DNA of 12,472 nucleotides from Gemmatimonadota bacterium (GTDB lineage Bacteria > Gemmatimonadota > Gemmatimonadetes > Palauibacterales > Palauibacteraceae), in the NCBI GenBank assembly GCA_046758745.1, contig JBHIAV010000066.1:1-12472 (forward strand), in the 5' to 3' direction. A program made the translations under genes and the position numbers. Shown piece after piece: positions 1 to 7,164 of the stretch; the first letter of the stretch is position 1, and the number at the start of each line of letters is the position of its first letter. The notes below the pieces were generated by a model that worked only from the letters and a program-made list of their open reading frames with translations, did not search any database and was not told where the DNA came from.

Positions 1-1641
1 GGTGTCGTGTTGTACGAGATGCTCGCCGGACGGCGGCCGTTCGCGGCGGAGCGACGCGAGCCCCTGATCCACTCGATCCTCAACGAAGGGCCGCCGCCGC
101 TTCGGTCGCTGCGGCCGGATGTGCCTCCGGAGCTAGAACGGATCGTAGCCGGCCTGCTCGCCAAGGATCCCGAGGAGCGACTGCCGACGGCCGACCGCCT
201 CCTCGAAGAGTTGGAGGCCGTCGCCTCCGGGACCTCCCGGCTGCGAAGTGCGCGTTCCCCCGTGCGCGCGTTCGCGGCGGTGACCGCCGTGGCGCTCACC
301 ATTGGCCTCGGGACCTTCTTCCTGACCAATCGGGCCACATCAAGCGATCCAGGGGAGGGAATGGACCCTGGGCTGGTTCCCGTGGTTCCGTTTCAATCAA
401 GCGCGCAGGACTCGTCGCTCGCCTACCTCAGCGATGGAATGGTGGAGCTTCCGGCTGCGAAGCGTGACCGGCCGACCGACGACATCGAGGCGTACAATCT
501 GTACCTGCGCGGGCGTTTTCTGTGGGGCAAGCGAACGAAAGAGTCAATGGAGCGGGCGGTCGAGTACCTCACGCAGGCAATCGGGCGCGACCCGAGCTTC
601 GCCGAGGCCTGGGTGGGGCTGTCGGATGTCTACGCCGTCCTGGCAACCTATGGCTACTGGCCTCTTGACAGCGCGTTGGTTCCGGCCAAAGAGGCCGCAG
701 AGCGGGCCGTCCAGCTCGATGATGAGCTTGCGGCCGCCCACGTCTCACTCGGACACGTGCGCGCCATCGCAGATCAGGATTGGCAGGGCGCGGTCAACGA
801 CCTTCGCCGTGCGATCGCACTTGATCCAGGTGAAGCCAACGCGCACCACTGGTTGGGCCACGTCCTCCTGGTGGGCGACGGTCGCCTCGAGGAGTCGATA
901 AGGGAGAAGCGGCTGGCCGCGCGGCTCGATCCGCTCACCCCTATGTACAGCGTCAGTCTCGCCAAGCGTCTCGTATCAGCGCGTCACTACGAGGAGGCGA
1001 GCGAATGGTACGAGCGGGCGCTGGAGCTGGATCCAAACTTCAGAGTTTCTCAGCAGGGATTCGGTCGCATGCTTCTCGGTCGCGCGCTGGCTCAGCCAGA
1101 GGCCGAGGCGCTTGAGGAAGCCGTCCGTGCGCTCGAAGCGGCGATGAAGACGGGCCGCGACAGCGTATTCGTCATGCCTGACCTGGCTTCCGCGTTCGCC
1201 GTGGCCGGCAATGAGGCTCGCGCCCGAGAGATCATCAGGCAGGCGCAGATGATGGGAAGTCGGCCGATCGACATTGGCCTGGCGTACGCGGCCCTCGGAA
1301 ACGCCGACAGCGCGTTCGCCTGGTTGGAGCGGCAGCCCTTTGGGGCTAGCGGAGAGACAACCACGCTCCTGCGCTTCGAAAGCCTCCGGAGTAGCCGGCC
1401 GATTTGCCGCGGCCGGCGTCCCGCCTCGTGGAGCTGTGCCCCGCCATCCAGAGATGATCCCGCTCTCCCTGCAGGAGGGATACGCCCAATGGATCTCGCG
1501 CGGCACGTCGAGCCTCCGGACCAGGAGCCGGCCCGGGCAGGGCTGGCGCTTCGGACGCCGCACCGCAAGGCCGTCTGCAGCGTGTCCCCCGTAGGGGAGG
1601 CGGCCGGAGGCGACACTTCCACGGCACCGCGGCCTGCCTGA
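1..1641 (+). CDS. Ser/Thr protein kinase - TM - truncated TolB-like domain - TPR protein (5' end outside window; 3' end probably degenerate after ~1400)
   Basis: Frame 1 opens with kinase subdomains IX-XI (GVVLYEMLAGRRPF...LLAKDPEER). A hydrophobic TM stretch follows, then VVPFQ...YLSDGMVEL, then TPRs (EAYNLYLRGRFLW, AIGRDPSFAEAW, ALELDPNF) ending DSAFAWLER...RFESLRS. Sequence after ~1400 does not look protein-like. Confidence 0.9.
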   Translation, partial: GVVLYEMLAGRRPFAAERREPLIHSILNEGPPPLRSLRPDVPPELERIVAGLLAKDPEERLPTADRLLEELEAVASGTSRLRSARSPVRAFAAVTAVALTIGLGTFFLTNRATSSDPGEGMDPGLVPVVPFQSSAQDSSLAYLSDGMVELPAAKRDRPTDDIEAYNLYLRGRFLWGKRTKESMERAVEYLTQAIGRDPSFAEAWVGLSDVYAVLATYGYWPLDSALVPAKEAAERAVQLDDELAAAHVSLGHVRAIADQDWQGAVNDLRRAIALDPGEANAHHWLGHVLLVGDGRLEESIREKRLAARLDPLTPMYSVSLAKRLVSARHYEEASEWYERALELDPNFRVSQQGFGRMLLGRALAQPEAEALEEAVRALEAAMKTGRDSVFVMPDLASAFAVAGNEARAREIIRQAQMMGSRPIDIGLAYAALGNADSAFAWLERQPFGASGETTTLLRFESLRSSRPICRGRRPASWSCAPPSRDDPALPAGGIRPMDLARHVEPPDQEPARAGLALRTPHRKAVCSVSPVGEAAGGDTSTAPRPA

Positions 1642-1716
1642 GCGCGCTACACCGCGCCGAGCGGTTCGGGGAGATCGTCCGCCTTCCGAAAACCGATCCC
1701 GACCTGAGGCGCTACC
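1608..1716 (+). pseudogene. Short remnant of a conserved hypothetical protein (HFHGTAACLSALHRAERFGEIVRL)
   Basis: Frame 3 peptide matches, from recollection, an internal motif (GHFHGTxACLSALYRAERYxEI) of a conserved uncharacterised protein. No start codon; flanks are not protein-like. Confidence 0.35.
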
Positions 1717-1914
1717 GGGAAGCCGGGGCGAGCGGGGTGGCCCGGCGCGGGGGGGGTGCGAACCTGCTGTCGTGGCGCACCTCGCGGACCCGAAGGACGG
1801 AGGGCGCCGGCAGGCGATCGCGCGCGTCAAGCGGGCGATGAAGGCAGCGGACGTAGGAGAGCGCCGCCACATCCAGGGAGGCGTTGGGAACACAAACCGT
1901 GCCTGCCGCGTAAC

Positions 1915-2181
1915 CTGTTAGAGTACAGCGGGTTCAAGCATTGGCGGGTTCCAGCGTACGGAATGCAGGCCATCGACATGATCCACGCCTTCGGCCCAGA
2001 CCTGGACGAGGCGTTTCTCCGAAACCGGTTGCGGCAGGAATCGTCCGAAGACGCGTATGGTCTGCTAAGCTCCTATGCGCGAAGGCCCGAGTCCTTCAGC
2101 GCGAGCGACCTCGAGCGGGAGCTTGACCGCATGCTGGGGCGAGAGCCGGCAAGCGGAGAGGAAACTGGAGCGGATGAATGA
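1915..2181 (+). pseudogene. 3' remnant of a DUF6036-like nucleotidyltransferase
   Basis: LLEYSGFKHWRVPAYGMQAIDMIHAFGPDLDEAFLRNRLRQE resembles the C-terminal helical part (F.HW...G.QA...LD..YL...E) of these enzymes. The catalytic N-terminus is absent and the in-frame upstream sequence is not protein-like. Confidence 0.5.
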
Positions 2182-2293
2182 CGATCCCCGAGCCCGATTT
2201 GAGTAAGCTGTGCCCGACGTGGGAGCGGCGCATGGCACGCATCCACCAAGTGCGCAGGCGATACGATCCCACCGCATCGCCGGAGGCGAGCGC

Positions 2294-2324
2294 AGCTGCA
2301 CCACCGGCCTCACGCTGATCAGGC
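2294..2324 (-). repeat. Degenerate tRNA-Ile(GAU) fragment / att-like core, copy A
   Basis: Minus strand GCCTGATCAGCGTGAGGCCGGTGGT matches the tRNA-Ile anticodon loop to T-stem segment with 2 changes. It is 28/31 identical to 11757-11787. Confidence 0.8.
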
Positions 2325-2482
2325 TGGGCGAAGGCATCCCTGACTGCGGCATGATGTTGGGAAAAGCCTTATTTGGCGAGGTTTCTGCCGGGATCCGGGA
2401 GCGTTTCCGACATCGCGCCGGACGGTAGGTGGACGTCCCGGCGCCGGAACAATCCCGGCGGCGTCTCCGAAATGTCGCGTCG

Positions 2483-4051
2483 TCAGCGCCCGCGTGACGC
2501 CCCGTCCCTCCCCACCTCTCCCCAGCGGGCCAGGAAACCCGTCACGAACTCCTGCACCTGCACGGGCTCGACGGCGAGGGACGCCAGCGCCATCGCCACC
2601 GTGAGGGCCAGGTGGTAGCCCTCGGAGCGCGAGGCCACGGCCCGGCGGTAAGCCGGGTGCGCGTCGTTTACCCACACGGTGGACTCGACGAGCCGGCCCA
2701 GAGAGCTGTCGTCCGCTCGGCTCTCGAAGCGGATGCGGAGCCCGTAGCGGGCTGGAATCTTTCGCGCGCCGCCTCCCGGGATGGCCGCGTCCGGGAGCTT
2801 CTTCTCCGGCGGCCCTCCCTCCGGCTCTGTGCCCTTCTTCTCCCGATCCGGGCCGACAGGCTCCTCGCTCGCGGGTTCCTCATGAGCCGGAGACCCCCCG
2901 GGCTCGAGCTCCACGCCAGGGCCGGGGACCACCCCCCGCGGGGAGGGCTCGCCGCCGAGGGGGAGGCGCCGCTGGCCGCCCCGGCGCCGCTCCACCAGCG
3001 TGGCCAGGAGCGGGTAGTCCTCGGAGAGCCCCGCCAGGACGGACTGGAGGTCCCGCTCCAGGGACCGCGGCCGGGGACGCCGGGGGCCTGAGGTCCCCGG
3101 GCCCTCTCCCCACGCCTCGAGCTGCATCGACACCGCCTCCTGGATCGCCTTCCGGTAGCCGAGGAAGACGGCCCCGCGGGGCCCCGCGCGGACGAAGTCC
3201 GCCTTGTTCAGGGTGAGGGACTCCGCCAGGGGCGGCACCTCGATCAGACCGCCCACGTCCGCCGGCCGGCTCGGGGAGATGCCGAGCCAATCCCACCCTG
3301 CCTGGATCACCTTGCCCAGCGTGCTCACGGCGATCCCCCGCTCCTCCTCGGCCAGAGCCGGATCCCGGTGGAGGAAGCCGACGCCGGAAGCCTTCCGCTG
3401 CCGCCCGACCCGGACCTCCAGCGACACCCGGCCCGGGTGGAGGGCCGTTCGGGCGAGGAGGCGGCCGTTCAGGTGAAAACGGACCCCGTGCGGATACTGG
3501 GAGGCCAGGATGTCGTCGAACGCAGGGTCGAAGAGCGGCCGGAAGTGGCGCAGGAGGCTTCCCTCGATGAAGCCCGGGTCCAGGAGCTGAGAGAGAGCGT
3601 TCTCCAGGTACAGCCGGACCGCCGTCCCGCCCCCATCGAGTAGCGCTCGGGGCTCGACCCAGCGCCAGGGGGCGCGCGTTCGGGAGGCGAGGCGCCAGGA
3701 GGTGGCGAGCGGCGTCCGTGCCCGGGCCGTCTTCGTCTCGGTGACCACCTCCTCGGAGACGAGGAGCCCGAGCTTGATCCCGACCCCCGCGAAGCCGATG
3801 CCCCGCCCGCGCCGCTTGCTGGTCACCGCGAGGTCATGGTAGCGGGCGAGGGCGCTTCGCCCCATCCCCTTGCCGTCGTCGTTCACCGTCAGCGTCCCGG
3901 CGACGGAATCGGCGACGATGTACACCTCGCCGGCCCCCGAGTCGAGGGCATTGGCGACGATCTCGGTGAGGATCGTCTCCTCGAGCGGGCCGGGGTAGGC
4001 GTCCCGGAGGTCCTCTAGCAGGCGGAGCAGGTCGACCCGGGTCTCTCCCAT
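2483..4051 (-). CDS. GHKL (HATPase_c / MORC-like) ATP-binding protein, 522 aa
   Basis: Start MGETRVDLL. GHKL motifs: TEIVANALDS (N box), DDGKGM (G1), GFAGVGIK (G2), GGGTAV. Then GLIEVPPL..LTLNKADF, a Pro/Glu-rich linker and a C-terminal VWVNDAHPAY. Confidence 0.88.
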   Translation of the reverse strand: MGETRVDLLRLLEDLRDAYPGPLEETILTEIVANALDSGAGEVYIVADSVAGTLTVNDDGKGMGRSALARYHDLAVTSKRRGRGIGFAGVGIKLGLLVSEEVVTETKTARARTPLATSWRLASRTRAPWRWVEPRALLDGGGTAVRLYLENALSQLLDPGFIEGSLLRHFRPLFDPAFDDILASQYPHGVRFHLNGRLLARTALHPGRVSLEVRVGRQRKASGVGFLHRDPALAEEERGIAVSTLGKVIQAGWDWLGISPSRPADVGGLIEVPPLAESLTLNKADFVRAGPRGAVFLGYRKAIQEAVSMQLEAWGEGPGTSGPRRPRPRSLERDLQSVLAGLSEDYPLLATLVERRRGGQRRLPLGGEPSPRGVVPGPGVELEPGGSPAHEEPASEEPVGPDREKKGTEPEGGPPEKKLPDAAIPGGGARKIPARYGLRIRFESRADDSSLGRLVESTVWVNDAHPAYRRAVASRSEGYHLALTVAMALASLAVEPVQVQEFVTGFLARWGEVGRDGASRGR

Positions 4052-4132
4052 GACCGCGAATATGCCTCCGGGAGCCGGACCGGCCAAGCGGAGGTTGGCA
4101 CCGTAGGGCCAAGGGCCCGGGTCGGATTGCGA

Positions 4133-4329
4133 CTACGACGAGCTGCCGGACTCGCGACGACGCAGGATCTGTCGCAGAACGATGATGTCTTCCCGGTCTT
4201 GCGGTCGGCCGCCTTCTTGGAGCGGATGAAGTCGGCGAGCCCAGCGGCGAGCAGCTCCACTCCGAACACCTCGAAGCGCACCGCCCCCTCGACCAGATCC
4301 TCGTATCCTCGGGTTCCGGAAGGCACGAA
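4133..4329 (-). pseudogene. Frameshifted 3' remnant of a nucleotidyltransferase-family protein
   Basis: FVPSGTRGYEDLVEGAVRFEVFGVELLAAGLADFIRSKKAADR changes frame near 4200-4208 into PQDREDIIVLRQILRRRE...*. Joined, this gives the typical L.D.I.SK.AA.RP.D..D ending. Confidence 0.75.
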
Positions 4330-4459
4330 GGCTGAGGCCGTGTCCTTCGGACGATGTTGGAGCCGAGCGGTCCGGCCATCGCCGCGCCCTGCGACCCCGC
4401 CACCCGCAGCGATCGCCTTTCGCGCGTGCCGCCGCTGACAGCCCCCTGCCGCGAAGTCT

Positions 4460-4776
4460 CCGAGCTTCTACAGCTCCGGGGGAAGCCACCTACGACCTTC
4501 GTTACTGGCTGGACCTGGAGGTCGAGGCCGACAGCGCCCCCAAGGATCTGGACCTCTTCCTCCGCTTCGAGTGGCTGGAGTCCTGCGGGCACCTGAGCGC
4601 CTTCGAGATCGTCGGGCGCGTCTACGGGGATGGGTACGGATCTGTTCGTTCTGCGGGTACGGGGAGGAAAACTCGTTCTGCTGGATGCACACGCGACCGC
4701 CCACGGGTGCGGGGAAGATGGTCTCCTGCCCGTTGTAAATTCGCCGCGCATGGGGGTGTGCGCATACGAGGGTTGA
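4460..4776 (+). pseudogene. Degraded Cys/His-rich conserved hypothetical protein (possibly related to pRiA4b ORF-3-like proteins)
   Basis: Pieces in shifting frames: LLQLR / EATYDLRYWLDLEVEADSAPKDLDLFLRFEWLESCGHLSAFEI / ICSFCGYGEENSFCWMH / ATAHGCGEDGLLPVVNSPRMGVCAYEG*. Missed by the ORF track. The 5' boundary is approximate. Confidence 0.75.
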
Positions 4777-4982
4777 GGGGCCCAGGGCCTGGCGCTCACT
4801 CTCAGCCCGTCGCGGCGCCCGCCAGGGCGCTCACGCTTGCGTCGGCCGGTGCCCTAAGCGACAGCCCCGACCGCGTGGACGCCCGCGGGGATCGATCCGC
4901 GCGGATCGGGGCGGCACTCACGCTGGGAGAAGGTTAGACCAGCCTCCGGTTCCGCACGAAGAGCGGCTCGGCGTCCCGGGAC

Positions 4983-5435
4983 CTACCGCTTCGCTGCCTC
5001 GGCAGTCTCCGCGGGGGCCACCCCCAGCTGCGACAGAAGGGTCAGCATGTCGAAGTACTGCCGCATCGAGATGGCCTTGCCGCCTCGGATGCGAATCACC
5101 TGACAGGATCGGAGCGCGATCCTCTTGCCCGTCGGCGGGATCTCGCCGTCCGGGAGCGGGAGCGGCCCGGTATGCGTGCCCCGCCACGTCAGCGGGAGCA
5201 CCACCGTGTCACCGTCCACGAAGGGGTCCTCAAAAGTCGCCCGGGAATCGGGCAACGCCTTCGCCCAGCCGCGCCACAGGTCGATGACCTCGTCGATCCC
5301 CTCGGCTTTGCGGTACGTCGCCACTTCGTCGTACACGAACTCCGGTGCTAGGGCGTTGCGGACGGCGTCCCAGTCCTTCTCGCCGTACGCTTCGGATGGG
5401 GCCTTGGCAGCCGTGATGAGTTCCTGGCGGGACAT
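4983..5435 (-). CDS. SnoaL-like ester cyclase (NTF2-like fold), 150 aa
   Basis: AGGAGG RBS before ATG at 5435. Motifs GDTVVLPLTWRGTHTGPL, IPPTGKRI, RQYFDMLTLLSQLG. Confidence 0.93.
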   Translation of the reverse strand: MSRQELITAAKAPSEAYGEKDWDAVRNALAPEFVYDEVATYRKAEGIDEVIDLWRGWAKALPDSRATFEDPFVDGDTVVLPLTWRGTHTGPLPLPDGEIPPTGKRIALRSCQVIRIRGGKAISMRQYFDMLTLLSQLGVAPAETAEAAKR

Positions 5436-5686
5436 CTGGTCCTCCTGTGGTGGAAGGCGGGTAGCTCCGGCTGACGGGGGCCTCTGGGGCGCGGTGGACC
5501 GTCGGTCAACTCCGGGCCGGTCGCCACGCGTGCAGGGTTGGGCGAGCGCGAGCGGTGCCCGCGGCCGAGCCGGAGCGCCGACCACGTCGCGGGTTCACCA
5601 GTACGCTCCAAGCTACCACACTTCCGACACGCGAGCTACCTGCCTCCGACATGACCACTGGCGGCCGCCGCAACGTGCGTGCCCGG

Positions 5687-6433
5687 TCAGCGCCGGGCGG
5701 CCATCGCCTCCGGGATCCGCAGGGCCTCCTCCAGCCGCACCGTCATGCGCGAGTCCTGCGGCATGACGGCCTCGTGGTCCCTGGTCGTCACCATGATGAG
5801 GGTGCCCGCCAGGCCGCCCGCCGCCGCGCCCGCCAGGGTGGCGGCAGTGCTGTTGCCCAGCAACCCTCCCAGCAGCGCGCCCGCCGCGACGCCGCCGCCC
5901 ACGATGGCCACGTCGCCCAGGGTGCTCCGGTTGGCGTCCTCCTTGGTCACCGCCCTCAGCACCCGCGCGTTGACGGGGATGCGCCGGCCGTTCACCTCCA
6001 TGTCGACGGGCCGCACGGCAATCACGTTCTTCGTGTCTCCGTTCACCTTGCGCTCGCCAGCCTCCGTGACCTCCCCGGTCAGTCGGGCGCCGGAGGCGAT
6101 CACGACGCGCCCGTCGTGCATGATGTCCGTGTCGAGGATGCCGGTGAAGCGGTCGCCGACCTCGTTGTCGTCGCTGCTCAGACGCTGAGTCAACCGCACC
6201 TCGAACTCGGTGCCGGCCGGCACGACGATGTCGCCTCCAGAGCCGGATTCCGAAGCGGAGACCGAGGGGGAGTGCCCCCGGACGGCCCGCTCGAACAGCG
6301 AGATGCTCTGCGCCGACAGCGGGGCCGCCAGGGCCAGGGCGAGCAGCGCTACCAGAGTCGGAGTGGCCGCCAGAGCCGGTCGGGCGGGGAAGAGTCGCTT
6401 CGTTCGCAGGGGAAGTCCTAATCTGTTTTCCAT
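5687..6433 (-). CDS. Secreted hypothetical protein with a TrbI/VirB10-like beta domain and glycine-zipper segment
   Basis: Signal peptide (LVALLALALAAPLSA-Q). Motif VPAGTEFEVRL..RLSS...VGDRF...DGRVVIASGARLTGEV and GGGVAAGALLGGLLG. GGAG upstream of ATG 6433; alternative start 6448. Confidence 0.8.
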   Translation of the reverse strand: MENRLGLPLRTKRLFPARPALAATPTLVALLALALAAPLSAQSISLFERAVRGHSPSVSASESGSGGDIVVPAGTEFEVRLTQRLSSDDNEVGDRFTGILDTDIMHDGRVVIASGARLTGEVTEAGERKVNGDTKNVIAVRPVDMEVNGRRIPVNARVLRAVTKEDANRSTLGDVAIVGGGVAAGALLGGLLGNSTAATLAGAAAGGLAGTLIMVTTRDHEAVMPQDSRMTVRLEEALRIPEAMAARR

Positions 6434-6673
6434 GGCTCGCGTCTCCATCTATCCAAGGTGTCGGCCCGCGACGTCGTGGGCCGGCACCCCCTGGGGGAAC
6501 GCGCGCCCTACGCGCTGCTCTCGTGATATGGAAAACACGCCTTCCCCGGGGGACGGTTCCGGCCCGCGGTGAGGGCAGCGCGACAAAGCCGCTAACCAGA
6601 GGCCCTGACGATCAAGTAGGTTCAAGTCGGCCCACGCGCGACGAACAGACCTGCGTCAGCGGAAGGACCGAGG

Positions 6674-6970
6674 CTAGCCTGGGTCCGGCGCCTCGGTGTC
6701 GGGCAGCGCCGCGGCGGGCACCGCCGTGGTTTGGCGGCAGCAGTCGACCAGCTCCTGTAGACGCGCGGGGCTGAACCCGATCACCAGGTCTTTTCCATGC
6801 GCGATCACGGGGACGCCGACACCACCGGAGATCGTCCGCCACTCCCGTAGGTGTTCCACGTCTTTCGTGATGTCAAGTTCTTCGAATTCGCACCCGTTTC
6901 CCCTAAGCCAAGCCTTCGCTTGCTTGCAGTAGGGACACGTGGGGGTCGTGAAGACCCGGATCTGGGCCAT
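6674..6970 (-). CDS. Glutaredoxin-like (NrdH/YruB-type) redoxin, 98 aa
   Basis: AGGAGG RBS. FTTPTCPYC active site, GVPVI cis-Pro loop, VIGF. Confidence 0.93.
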   Translation of the reverse strand: MAQIRVFTTPTCPYCKQAKAWLRGNGCEFEELDITKDVEHLREWRTISGGVGVPVIAHGKDLVIGFSPARLQELVDCCRQTTAVPAAALPDTEAPDPG

Positions 6971-7164
6971 AGTAGCCTCCTGTTTCGAAGGGAGCCGCGG
7001 TACTGGCGCACGTCTCGCCCCGCGTTTGTTGAGACTGCTAGACGTCGGCCCGGACGGCCGTATCCCCCCGGTGGATGAGGTTGAAATGTCCCCCCCGGGG
7101 GCTTGCGGCCTCTTCCTCGAGAACCACGTCTGGGGGCACGTAGAAGTCGCGCCCGCCAGGCACC

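Noticed and set aside
2186-2202. CCCGAGCCCGATTTGA as the split-off acceptor end of tRNA copy A
   Set aside because: Only GATTTGA plus a loose CCCG matches; too weak to call, though worth aligning to the host tRNA.
2210-2428. ORFs 2210-2428 and 11676-11894 sharing TT(G/D)LTLIR
   Set aside because: The shared peptide is just the translation of the antisense tRNA-Ile fragment.
5687-6433. Conjugation (T4SS) system
   Set aside because: A lone TrbI-like domain protein with no other vir/trb genes.
6534-6560. ECF sigma promoter GGAAC-N16-CGTG on the minus strand
   Set aside because: The -10 match is imperfect and cannot be distinguished from chance.
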